In this document: positions 55,125-64,000 of the stretch, one piece after another
Layout: each line of letters starts with the position of its first letter
Position numbering within the stretch: position 1 is the stretch's first letter
From: a virus
Lineage: Duplodnaviria; Caudoviricetes
Virus record (IMG/VR): IMGVR_UViG_2706796186_000001
Coordinates: 1-64,000 of that record
Reading direction: 5' to 3' (one strand)
Length of the DNA: 64,000 nt
The notes under the pieces: model-generated
Seen by the model: the letters and a program-made list of their open reading frames with translations, nothing else
Databases searched by the model: none
What the model was told of the DNA's origin: nothing
Program-made: the position numbers and the translations under genes

Positions 55125-56060
55125 ATGCCTATTCCAAATATGCTGTCGGTGCTCTTACCGAGCTTCGAAGCAACGAATCTGAAAAACACGCTGAACGCAA
55201 ACTGCGACGCCATCAGTGAATCACTGCTGCCACAGTTTGAAAACCTGCGTGACCTGGTCGGTACTGAACAGGGCAAACCATTCATCTCCAAGCCGGTGCA
55301 AACACTGAGCGAAGAGTTGGTAAAAATGTTGCGCAGCTCTGGCCTCGAAGTCAAAGGTCTGCGTGACCCATCCGCACTGGAATATATCGTCGCTGCCATG
55401 CGTAACACGCTGGAACTGCGTCCGTTTATTGAACAGTGCATTAACCGTGACATCGGTAAGCAGGTTGTGACTGCTTCACTGACGTTCAACAAATCCACGC
55501 TCCTTCAATTACTGGACCTCATTAACTTCTTTGTTCTTTACAGCGGTACGCTCGTAAACTACATCACCGCCGAAGAACTCGGCGCGGTGAAAGACTCGAA
55601 CATTGCAGTGAAAGGTATCGGTCCAAACGATTTGCAGTACCTCCATGTTCGCATGGTAACGTACGGCATCGCTTGTCGTGTTCTGGCTACGCCTCAGTCG
55701 AAGCTCAAAGCAGACTATGCGGAAATCCCGGAAGCGGTATTTGATGAAGACACCTACAATGATCTGGTTAAGTCTTTCGGCTCGAAAGCGACCGATCCGT
55801 TGGGTCTCTCCGCAGTACCATTCCCGCTGACCATCATTTATCGGATTAATCTGTCGTGGAACGAATGGCAGATGGACAACTACGATGAAGTGTGTGAAGC
55901 GGCGAAAGCAGCCGAGTACCGTATCTTACTGTTCAAGAAACAGCAAGCGGAAGGTAAAGGCGACGCGGCGTTGGAAATCCTTATCGAGAAACACGAGAAG
56001 CGTCTGGATTCCCTGAAACGCAAACGCGAACGTCTGGCGAAAAAGAACGGTCTCGAATAA
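55125..56060 (+). CDS. virion head protein
   Basis: Operon position; coiled-coil C-terminus. Confidence 0.65.
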   Translation: MPIPNMLSVLLPSFEATNLKNTLNANCDAISESLLPQFENLRDLVGTEQGKPFISKPVQTLSEELVKMLRSSGLEVKGLRDPSALEYIVAAMRNTLELRPFIEQCINRDIGKQVVTASLTFNKSTLLQLLDLINFFVLYSGTLVNYITAEELGAVKDSNIAVKGIGPNDLQYLHVRMVTYGIACRVLATPQSKLKADYAEIPEAVFDEDTYNDLVKSFGSKATDPLGLSAVPFPLTIIYRINLSWNEWQMDNYDEVCEAAKAAEYRILLFKKQQAEGKGDAALEILIEKHEKRLDSLKRKRERLAKKNGLE

Positions 56061-56075
56061 CAACAGGAGAGACTG

Positions 56076-56636
56076 ATGAACCCGATTAACAATCCCGACT
56101 TTAACGTGGCCGAACGCCTCGTTAAACGTTACATGGCCAAACTGTCCGAGAACCCGACAGAAGTCCATGATGATGACCTCATTCATGAGACGCTGACCGC
56201 GGCAGCCGTTATCCTGCCTTACTTCCGGCTCTTAGCCGCGGAGTCTGTGCAACAGGTATTATATGACGAATTTCCACAAATCGGTTTTACGTTTAATACG
56301 TTTTACAATGAAACAGTTGCGTTTGTTGTAGACGGAAAGAAACGTCCAACCAATGTCGGTACCTGGTCTGTGCTGATGTCGACGTACATGAATGATGTAC
56401 ACGGCACCAAATACGTTCAGGAGAAAGGCAGCTTGGGCTCGCGTATGATGTCTGCCGCTTTCGGTCAGGCTGGTAAAGTTCGTAACATGGGCACGCAACA
56501 CCAATCCATGCAACCGGATACTCGCCTCTTATCTTATGCAGACCACGAACTGCTTGCGCGGTGGATGACACGTACTAACGGATTGTCCGATATGATTATG
56601 TCGCTGGCAGTATTCTTGAAAATCGCACGTCCCTAA
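56076..56636 (+). CDS. virion head protein
   Basis: AGGAG SD; operon position. Confidence 0.65.
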   Translation: MNPINNPDFNVAERLVKRYMAKLSENPTEVHDDDLIHETLTAAAVILPYFRLLAAESVQQVLYDEFPQIGFTFNTFYNETVAFVVDGKKRPTNVGTWSVLMSTYMNDVHGTKYVQEKGSLGSRMMSAAFGQAGKVRNMGTQHQSMQPDTRLLSYADHELLARWMTRTNGLSDMIMSLAVFLKIARP

Positions 56637-56693
56637 GGGGGCCCCTTTCTAGGGGCGTGTAATTCGGTTATAACCAAACAGGAACTAGAACAA

Positions 56694-58022
56694 ATGGCAA
56701 ATTTTGCACAACGCAGAGCTGCTCGTGAAAGCATCGAAAACACCGAACCGGGTGAAATCGACGGCCTGTCTAACGTAGAACCGGGTGTAGAAAACCTGGA
56801 TACCCAACTGGCTGAAATGGCATCGGAAGATGCACAGCTGGAAGGTCTGGCTGGCGATCAGGATACCCTGGGCGCGGACACCGCACGTACTGAAGACGCT
56901 ATCGACGATGCGCAAGACGCAATCGATAACGGCGAAGAACAAGCTGAAGAGTCTATTGCCCACACCGAAGTGGCGCAAGAGTCTATCCGCCGTCGTTGGG
57001 GTATCGACCGCACCAAACTGGCACGCGAAAGCTTCCGCCGTGGTCGTGGCATGACTGCCGCTGCGCAGGAAGGCTGGAAAGAAACCCTGAAAGATCTGTG
57101 GAAACGTTTCCTTGAGCTGATCAAGTCAATCGTTAACAAGATCAAAGAGCTGAAACTCAAGTACATCAACGTGGGTAAAACTGCGCAGAGCCGTGCTAAG
57201 AAGTATCAGGCTGCAATCAAAAACCTGGGCAGCAAAAAGACCAAAGATGAAATCGGCGGTAGCTGGATCAGCAAACTGTCCATCGAAGGCGCTTTCAACG
57301 TTGACGGTTCTATCGGCATCGCGAAAGAAGTTACTCAGGGCAAAGCCAAAGGCGCGATCGCTGCAATGACCAAACAGGCCGATGCAGCTGCAACCTACGT
57401 CGTGAAAGCGGCTGACGGTGAAGTGTCTGCGTCTAAAGCCTCTGGCGGTTCTTCTGCTTCTGGTCCGGGTGTAATGCTGGCGTCTGACGCACCGACTTAC
57501 GACAAAATCGAACTGTTCGGTACTGCGGCTACCAAACTTCAGAATCTGGAAGAGTTCGCCGATGGCGAATACCAGAAACTGCAAGCCCTGCCGGGCAACG
57601 CCTACATTCAGGCCGGTAACAAGAAACTGGCTGGCGGCGTAGACTTTGCTGCTATCGGTTTCATGACCACTGGCGATGCGACCGAAGACAAACAGGTTGC
57701 AACTCCTGAGCTGGGTAAACTGACTGCCGCTGCACAGGGTCTGGATGCGATCGGTAAAGGTTTCGAGAAAGTCCTGCAAGACTTCCGTACCTTCGATAGC
57801 GAAGTTGAGAAACTGCAACGCGCTGCTGAGAAAGCATCTGGTGCTGTAGATAAAGCTGACGACGCGAACCGCGAAGCGCTGCAATCTGCACGTACTGCTG
57901 CTGACCAGTCTGTGAAGAACTATCAGGTTCTGAACCGCGCTGTGGCTTACGTTGCTAACACCGTAATCGCTGGCCTGAACGGCTACATCGGTGCTGGTAT
58001 CGGTGCGTACGGTAAGAAGTAA
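56694..58022 (+). CDS. abundant head ejection protein, paralog 1 (SPN3US gp53/phiKZ gp93-like family)
   Basis: Acidic propeptide with repeated A-x-E sites (ARE, AQE) then AQEGWKE; strong codon bias. Confidence 0.75.
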   Translation: MANFAQRRAARESIENTEPGEIDGLSNVEPGVENLDTQLAEMASEDAQLEGLAGDQDTLGADTARTEDAIDDAQDAIDNGEEQAEESIAHTEVAQESIRRRWGIDRTKLARESFRRGRGMTAAAQEGWKETLKDLWKRFLELIKSIVNKIKELKLKYINVGKTAQSRAKKYQAAIKNLGSKKTKDEIGGSWISKLSIEGAFNVDGSIGIAKEVTQGKAKGAIAAMTKQADAAATYVVKAADGEVSASKASGGSSASGPGVMLASDAPTYDKIELFGTAATKLQNLEEFADGEYQKLQALPGNAYIQAGNKKLAGGVDFAAIGFMTTGDATEDKQVATPELGKLTAAAQGLDAIGKGFEKVLQDFRTFDSEVEKLQRAAEKASGAVDKADDANREALQSARTAADQSVKNYQVLNRAVAYVANTVIAGLNGYIGAGIGAYGKK

Positions 58023-58098
58023 GCCTTCTTAACCCGTAAACGACCCGACGTTAATCATTGAGGTGGGGCACGCTGCCCCACCTAGAGGAAAAGTGAAA

Positions 58099-59379
58099 AT
58101 GGCAAACTTTGCACAAAAACGCGCTGCTCGCGAATCCATCGAAGGCACCGGTACTGTTGTTCCGGATGGCCTGGAGCTGCCAGCAGAATCGGTTGAAGGT
58201 ATTCTGGCCGAGCTGGCTGAGAAAGAACGTGATATCGATACCACCGACTCTGAGCACGATGTGCTGATTGAAGATGGTAACGAAACTGATGCGCAGCTGG
58301 ACGCGGTAGACGCGGCTGACGACGCAGCAGCAGAACCGGCCGACGACAAAATGGAAGCGGAAGAAGACATGCCTGACGAAGCAGCGGAAGCGCTGGACGT
58401 TGCGCAGGAATCTATCCGTCGCCGTTGGGGCTTCGACCACCGTACCAGCGTAGCGCGCGAAAGCTACGGCAGCCGTAACCGTCGTAGCGTAGCCCGTGAA
58501 AGCCTGTGGGAAGACATCAAAGCCTTCCTGAAGCGTGCGTGGGAATGGCTGAAAGAGCAGGGTCGTAAGATCAAAGACCGCTGGCTGAAATTCAGCAACC
58601 AGGGTAAATCTGTTCAGGGTCGTTCTAAGAAGTTCGGCGAGCAGATCAAAAACCTCGGCAAGCAGAAGTCTGGTAAAGACAAACTGTCTGGCGGCTTTAT
58701 CAAAGATCTGACCATCGCAGGTAAATTCGAAGGCACCAACACTGCTGCTATCGATGCTGTGTTTACTAAACACGGTGACTACGCGAAACTTCAGGACGGG
58801 GTTCTGGGTGAGATGACCAGTGCGGTTGATGAGATGGCCAACGCGTCTGAAGCTGACTTCGCCAAAACTGGTAAGACTGCGAAAGAGCTGGCTACCCTCA
58901 TGTCCTCTGATATCAAAGGCGAGCAGCAGCTGTTCGGCAACCAGGTCTTCAAAGTGGACGTCGAAGTGTCTGATGAAGGTGAAAGCTTCGAAGTGAGCAC
59001 CACCGTTGTTGAAGCTGATCACAGCGTAGAGAGCGATATCTCTACCCCGTCTGTTGCTCAACTGTCTACAGTCAACACCTTCTTCAACAAAGTCGGTGTG
59101 GAGATCGAGAAGAAGGTTAAAGCGTATCACGCAACTAACCAGAAACGCGATCGCTACGAAGCGGCCATCGAGAAACTGCTGAAGAAAGTCGACGGCGTGA
59201 AAATCGATGCTGAAAACGGCGAATTCTCCAAGTGTGTCCGTCTGATCCGTAAGATGATCGGTGCGACTAACCAGTTCCTGGGTGCTGCTGAGCGTGCCGA
59301 TGCTTCTAACACCAAGAACATCGTCTCCGGTCTGAACGGCCTGCTGGTTGCTGGTATCGCGGCTTACGAGAAAAAGTAA
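58099..59379 (+). CDS. head ejection protein, paralog 2 (SPN3US gp54-like)
   Basis: N-terminus MANFAQKRAARESIE nearly identical to the upstream paralog; shared AQESIRRRWG. Confidence 0.75.
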   Translation: MANFAQKRAARESIEGTGTVVPDGLELPAESVEGILAELAEKERDIDTTDSEHDVLIEDGNETDAQLDAVDAADDAAAEPADDKMEAEEDMPDEAAEALDVAQESIRRRWGFDHRTSVARESYGSRNRRSVARESLWEDIKAFLKRAWEWLKEQGRKIKDRWLKFSNQGKSVQGRSKKFGEQIKNLGKQKSGKDKLSGGFIKDLTIAGKFEGTNTAAIDAVFTKHGDYAKLQDGVLGEMTSAVDEMANASEADFAKTGKTAKELATLMSSDIKGEQQLFGNQVFKVDVEVSDEGESFEVSTTVVEADHSVESDISTPSVAQLSTVNTFFNKVGVEIEKKVKAYHATNQKRDRYEAAIEKLLKKVDGVKIDAENGEFSKCVRLIRKMIGATNQFLGAAERADASNTKNIVSGLNGLLVAGIAAYEKK

Positions 59380-59400
59380 GTTAGTGTGCTGACACAGATT

Positions 59401-59435
59401 ACCCTACTCCTTCGGGAGTAGGGTTTTCTTTTTTT
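59401..59435 (+). terminator. intrinsic terminator
   Basis: ACCCTACTCC-TTCG-GGAGTAGGGT plus T tract. Confidence 0.85.
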
Positions 59436-59452
59436 ATTTTAAAAAGTTTTCA

Positions 59453-59472
59453 GATAGATATTATCCTAGTGA
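59453..59472 (+). promoter_or_regulatory. early-type promoter motif
   Basis: GATAGATATTATCCTAGTGA. Confidence 0.75.
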
Positions 59473-59505
59473 CTATTCATCCTATTCACCTTTAAGGAGT
59501 ATCAA

Positions 59506-60138
59506 ATGCAGAAAACAAACCGCCACACCCTCACCGTAAATATTGGCGTGTACCAGAATCCCAAAGTGCGCTATAACCGCCGTGAAGATAAAGTCTCAGT
59601 AACGTCTGGCAAGGCGGAGTTCGTGTGTAGCTATCTCGAATTCTACGCGTTGCTGATGTGGGCACGTCTGTGCTACCACGAAGAAGAACAGATGGCCTTC
59701 GTTGCCGGTAACACCCGTTATGAATTAGACCCGCCGTACGGCACCACACATCGTGACCGTATCAAAGGTCTGCTGGACGCTGCCAAAGGCTTCCTGCCGA
59801 TGCCAACGGATGAACCCGCAACGTATACGTGGGATGACGAAATCATCTACGGTAGCGATTTAGAGCACCTCTATCTGCGTAAGTCGGTCGACTCATGGCG
59901 TCCGGTGTTTGCGCTGCGTGTCACTTTACCGAAGACCCTGAAGCGTGACGATGGTTTAGCCCTGTACCATCAGGCGAAAGAGACCATCAACGAAGGGCGT
60001 GCCCTGCCCGCCGGTACCGAAGACATCAGCATCATCTACCCGAAAGAAGATGCGAAGTCGCCGACATACCGCGGCATCAATAACCGGAAAATCTTTGAAG
60101 AGTTTTCTGGGGTACCTGTGCCAAACGCACCGGTCTAA
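59506..60138 (+). CDS. hypothetical protein (probably early)
   Basis: AAGGAG SD downstream of the early motif. Confidence 0.8.
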   Translation: MQKTNRHTLTVNIGVYQNPKVRYNRREDKVSVTSGKAEFVCSYLEFYALLMWARLCYHEEEQMAFVAGNTRYELDPPYGTTHRDRIKGLLDAAKGFLPMPTDEPATYTWDDEIIYGSDLEHLYLRKSVDSWRPVFALRVTLPKTLKRDDGLALYHQAKETINEGRALPAGTEDISIIYPKEDAKSPTYRGINNRKIFEEFSGVPVPNAPV

Positions 60139-60144
60139 AAGGCT

Positions 60145-60178
60145 ACCCCACCTTCGGGTGGGGTGCTCTTTCTTTTTT
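60145..60178 (+). terminator. intrinsic terminator
   Basis: ACCCCACC-TTCG-GGTGGGGT plus T-rich tail. Confidence 0.75.
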
Positions 60179-60303
60179 ACAAATCCCCTTTTGGTTATGC
60201 GAGGGGGTAGGCCCTTTTATGTCTTTGGCCGATCGATCGGCGCTTGTCGTTCAGACAAGCTGCCTTATTGCTGTTGACCTTTATCGAGAATCGAGGAACA
60301 CGT

Positions 60304-60669
60304 ATGTTGGAAACAACCAGCTTTGCTTTTAAAATGGAAACCATCATCCACCCGGTGATGGTATTCAAATCGCCTACCCGCCCCCAAATCAAGCTGTTTG
60401 TCATGCTGGAAGATTTGGAAGCGGCACTCCTCGAACTGGGGAGTCGTGATTATCGCGGCCCTATCACTATCCGACTGGCTACGCCGTTCTACGGCAAGGA
60501 GACGTACGCCAACAGTCGAATGGATGGGATTGTGTTCGATGTGGAACACCGTACCGTTTCCACTGCGGTGATTACTGACAGTGTTGAGCTGTTTACATTC
60601 TCCCGCAGAACGTTCACCACGTACCTGCGTGAACTTATCAAAGAAATCAATAAGGATAAACAATCATGA
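60304..60669 (+). CDS. hypothetical protein
   Basis: GAGGA SD before ATG 60304. Confidence 0.7.
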   Translation: MLETTSFAFKMETIIHPVMVFKSPTRPQIKLFVMLEDLEAALLELGSRDYRGPITIRLATPFYGKETYANSRMDGIVFDVEHRTVSTAVITDSVELFTFSRRTFTTYLRELIKEINKDKQS

Positions 60670-61208
60670 AGTTGAGTATCATTGCTGCGACCGACCGTAA
60701 GAACGCCATTGGTAAAGAGAACACGCTCCCGTGGCGTTTACCGGCTGACCTCAAGAACTTCAAAGCCTTGACCGACGGCAAGCTCATCATCATGGGGCGT
60801 AAGACGTGGGAATCGCTCGGTTCCAAGTCCCTGCCCAACCGCCAGTCCATCGTCATTACCCGTGACCATACGCGCGTAACGGAAAACAGTCCTAACAACG
60901 AACGCGGTGTGATTATCGCCCCTAACCTTGCGGATGCGATTGGTTGTGCAGAAGCACTGGTCAAACAAGGGACGTACCCGGACGAAGTGTTCATCATTGG
61001 CGGGTCTGAAGTCTATCACCAGACCATCAAAAAAGCTGACCGCATTTACGTCAGTCGGGTGGACACGGTGGTGGAAGGGGCAGATGCGTTCTTCCCGGAT
61101 ATCGACCGTGATTATTATCAGCAGTCTATGTCGGTTCGTCACCTGAAAGACGATGCAGGTAACACGTACGACTGGCATTACCAAATCTGGGACAAGATTA
61201 GGGGTTAA
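60666..61208 (+). CDS. folA: dihydrofolate reductase
   Basis: AIGKENTLPW, DLKNFK, IMGRKTWES, LPNR, IIGGSEVY, GADAFFP motifs. Confidence 0.95.
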   Translation: MKLSIIAATDRKNAIGKENTLPWRLPADLKNFKALTDGKLIIMGRKTWESLGSKSLPNRQSIVITRDHTRVTENSPNNERGVIIAPNLADAIGCAEALVKQGTYPDEVFIIGGSEVYHQTIKKADRIYVSRVDTVVEGADAFFPDIDRDYYQQSMSVRHLKDDAGNTYDWHYQIWDKIRG

Positions 61209-61228
61209 TTACAAACCCTTCTAAAAAG

Positions 61229-61258
61229 TGGGGAGCTTCGGCTCCCTGTTTTTTTTTT
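61229..61258 (+). terminator. intrinsic terminator
   Basis: GGGAGC-TTCG-GCTCCC plus T tract. Confidence 0.85.
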
Positions 61259-61326
61259 GCATTTGCGTTCAGTGATATGTATAAGCACAAGCAATGGCCA
61301 CCATGTGGACGGCCTGAGGGGATGAA

Positions 61327-62853
61327 ATGCAACAGTATTTCGAAGTGCCGTCACTTGATGTGACCATCCGCAAGGCGGTTATTGACGGCATCGTCTATCG
61401 ATTATTAAACGAATCGGGGATGGACAAGTCCGACGCAGTCTTCTTAGACTCGTTCAACACAGCCCACCAACCCGGCTCGACGCTCGGTGATGCAACCGAT
61501 GTGGAATACGCCTCGACTGACCGCGTCTATGTTGAAGTGGACGAAGAACGTGATGAAATGGCACGCATCAATCGCGGTGTGGGTCTGAACATTGAACTGC
61601 CGTTCTTCCACGATGAAACCAACGGTATTAAAGCGTGGCCGATTCGTACCAAATACAAAGTCACCATCACCTTCCGCCGTAACGCCCAGTCTGAGGACGA
61701 ACTGTTACGTTGGACAAACCGTTTGAACAGTTTACTGGACATGGGTCGCTATTCATTAGTGACGGAGTCCGAAGCTTACTTCGTGATTCCCAAACCCCTG
61801 TTCAATCTGCTGAATGCCTGCTGGGTCGCTTCTGAAACCCGTGTGCCCGCGTATCCTACATTTAAGGAATATCTGGCCGCCAACTTCGAAGAGACGGTTG
61901 GGGTAGTGGCCAACGACAGTGGCGGCCAGCAAACGCTGATGGTGCGGTATTCACCGACCCGCGTCGAGATGGTGTACGATGTTAACCCACCGGCATGGAG
62001 TAAGGAAGATAATCACTACGAAGCCACAATGACCGCGAGCTTCGAATATGACCGCCCGGAAGAAGTCGGGTGTGTCTATCCGTACATCATCAATCAGACA
62101 CCGTTGCCGGATGCCTACTTCCCGCAAATCGATCCGCCGTGGATGGAAAACGAAGACGGTGTCGAACGCAGCGAAGTGCAGACATCCTTTGACGGTACGT
62201 GGTGGCAGAATGAACGCCGTCAGTTGATTCGACTGCCTTACCTGTTGTGTCCACCAGAACAACTCCACCGTGTCCATTCGCCGTTAGAGGCAAAGCTTCT
62301 GCGGATGTTCGGTACCGATGTGTGTTTCGGTGAGGAGAACATGTCGAACCCGGTGGTGATGTCAACCTCTGACTTGCCGTATGAGTGGAACCCGGTACTG
62401 CTGCCGTACATCGAGCACTGCCGCACGATTGACCCGACGGGGATGACGGGTGTGTTCCGTACCGAGCTGTTTGAAAACGGTTTACGTATCGAACCCCGGT
62501 TGTACCACTGGCAGGATGATGAGTTCTCCTTAACCCGTGAGATGGATGTGCACAAAGCCTACTTCCTGACCGAGTCAGTGATTTACGACTGGCGGGGATT
62601 AGACCTCTGGCCGCTCCAGAAATACCCGAAGGCCGCAGAGCTGCTCATCAAGTGGTTGTTCCCGAATCTGGACTTCCCGGATTGGTGGTGGGACTTACCG
62701 ACGCTCCCGCCGAGTGCGTGGGAAGAGATAGAAGACAAAACCACCCAAGACGAGACCGGTGCAGGCACCAACCGCAAGCATTTGCTACTGACTGTCTTTA
62801 ACACCACCATCATTGCAATACGAGGTACTTCGAATGCTGCAAGCGAAGGGTAA
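61327..62853 (+). CDS. virion structural protein (tail/neck region, putative)
   Basis: 508 aa; FEYDRP and YPYIINQ motifs resemble phiKZ-like virion proteins; TATG motif upstream. Confidence 0.6.
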   Translation: MQQYFEVPSLDVTIRKAVIDGIVYRLLNESGMDKSDAVFLDSFNTAHQPGSTLGDATDVEYASTDRVYVEVDEERDEMARINRGVGLNIELPFFHDETNGIKAWPIRTKYKVTITFRRNAQSEDELLRWTNRLNSLLDMGRYSLVTESEAYFVIPKPLFNLLNACWVASETRVPAYPTFKEYLAANFEETVGVVANDSGGQQTLMVRYSPTRVEMVYDVNPPAWSKEDNHYEATMTASFEYDRPEEVGCVYPYIINQTPLPDAYFPQIDPPWMENEDGVERSEVQTSFDGTWWQNERRQLIRLPYLLCPPEQLHRVHSPLEAKLLRMFGTDVCFGEENMSNPVVMSTSDLPYEWNPVLLPYIEHCRTIDPTGMTGVFRTELFENGLRIEPRLYHWQDDEFSLTREMDVHKAYFLTESVIYDWRGLDLWPLQKYPKAAELLIKWLFPNLDFPDWWWDLPTLPPSAWEEIEDKTTQDETGAGTNRKHLLLTVFNTTIIAIRGTSNAASEG

Positions 62854-64000
62854 GGGTAAAACCACATTCGAGCCGGTTAAGACGGAACCCGAATACCTGA
62901 ATCAAGCTCAAGACGGCGTCAAGGAAAAAACCAACATCGTCACAGAGCCCACCAGAACGACCGTAGTCGATTTAGAGCGTACGCCTGCCGTTAACCTGCT
63001 TCCTGTCGTTGAAGGCTCCTCGTGGCCGCTGCTGGCGTATTATCGACGGTTAATGGGCAAGAACGACCCGAAGATGCTGTTCGACCCGAAACAGGACACG
63101 CCGGTACAGCAATACGACTGCATCCACTATCTGGAGCTGCGGGTTAACAGTCCCTTGTCGCGTGACCAAGACGGGGGCAACAAAACCTTCACCATGTCGG
63201 GCAGTGCCACCATGGCCACGTCCGTGGTACCGAACGAAAACGATATCTTCACGGCCTCCCTTGGAGATAACCGTGTCGGTATCTTTAACGTCACCACTAC
63301 CACCCGTAATTCGAACAACAAGGTTGCCACCTATTCCATTGAGTACACCTTACTCTTTGAAATGTCACCTGCCCACAAAGCCATACTGGACAAGTGTACG
63401 GCGCATGAGTTCTATTACGTTAAGGAACGTGCGTATACGGGTGGTGACACCTTACTCACCCCGAACGAGTACAACGCGTACTTGGCACTCGGTGAGCATG
63501 TCAAGGGGATTGAGGAGACGTACCTGCGTCGTTTCTTTAACGAGGACGCGCAAACGATTCTCTTCCCGGATGACCGTTACGGGTATGCCTACGATGTGTT
63601 CTTGGCGCAGTTCGTCCGGGACATTGGCCTGCGTATGGTGGGTAAAGATGTGCGTATCTATCCGCACCCAACCAAACCGATTCGTGATATCGAAACGCTG
63701 TTCACGGTCATCATCGCCCAACAACCCCTGTTCCTGCAAGATGTCAATCGCAAGAACAAAGGGTTGTCGGTGCGGTCGTTCCGTACCATGCAGACGTACA
63801 ACAACGTGGGTTGGTCGAAGATTGCAGTAACGCGCTACTTCTCTGACGATGCGCCGTTGCGTCAAATGCCTGCGGAATGGCCGAAGTTCGATGACTTTAC
63901 CAGCATAGATGTGTTGCTGGAAGGCTCGAACGAAACGGTGCCGGGCTTCCTGCCGTTAACGTACACGCCATACCTGCTGACTGACGTGTTTTACAACGGC
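62834..64000 (+). CDS. virion structural protein, runs off the window end
   Basis: GAGG SD, ATG 62834 (MLQAKGK...VEGSSWPLLAYY...VPNENDIF); missing from the ORF track, apparently because no stop lies in the window. Confidence 0.7.
   Translation, partial: MLQAKGKGKTTFEPVKTEPEYLNQAQDGVKEKTNIVTEPTRTTVVDLERTPAVNLLPVVEGSSWPLLAYYRRLMGKNDPKMLFDPKQDTPVQQYDCIHYLELRVNSPLSRDQDGGNKTFTMSGSATMATSVVPNENDIFTASLGDNRVGIFNVTTTTRNSNNKVATYSIEYTLLFEMSPAHKAILDKCTAHEFYYVKERAYTGGDTLLTPNEYNAYLALGEHVKGIEETYLRRFFNEDAQTILFPDDRYGYAYDVFLAQFVRDIGLRMVGKDVRIYPHPTKPIRDIETLFTVIIAQQPLFLQDVNRKNKGLSVRSFRTMQTYNNVGWSKIAVTRYFSDDAPLRQMPAEWPKFDDFTSIDVLLEGSNETVPGFLPLTYTPYLLTDVFYNG

Noticed and set aside
57126-59130. Long antisense ORFs (252 and 359 aa) opposite the head-protein paralogs
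   Set aside because: Same codon-bias artefact; no SD or protein-like features
63162-63830. 222-aa + strand ORF in the track
   Set aside because: Out-of-frame shadow of the real gene starting at 62834 that runs off the window
1-64000. CRISPR array, IS/transposase, integrase or rRNA
   Set aside because: No regularly spaced repeats or corresponding motifs seen; the recurring TTCG hairpins are intrinsic terminators

Overview
This 64-kb window (about 50% GC) comes from a nucleus-forming jumbo phage (Chimalliviridae, phiKZ-related). By recalled synteny it looks most like the enterobacterial SPN3US/Asesino-type phages; no database search was run. Positions 1-8.8 kb are an accessory region: an HslV-like Ntn hydrolase, a TerB + membrane protein + TAXI-type periplasmic binding protein module, a ParB-like protein and 8 conventional tRNAs (Trp, Cys, Tyr, Asp, Ile, Glu, Ser, Asn). 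Interleaved with the tRNAs is a dense set of structured non-coding RNAs: a ~630-nt multi-helix RNA, several tRNA-ended or tRNA-mimic RNAs, and a twice-repeated small RNA motif with different but fully paired stems. Positions 8.8-64 kb are the conserved core block: split family-B DNA polymerase, chimallin (ChmA), non-virion RNAP subunits, a sigma-like subunit, PicA-like importer, SbcD nuclease, SSB-like protein, SF2 helicase, a virion RNAP subunit, baseplate and head-ejection proteins, and DHFR. The most notable observations are the ncRNA/tRNA-mimic island, a strong candidate -1 programmed frameshift at 40903 fusing two annotated ORFs, and the TerB-TAXI module. RNA structures were folded by eye. 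phiKZ/SPN3US gene equivalences rest on motifs and recalled synteny, not on alignments.
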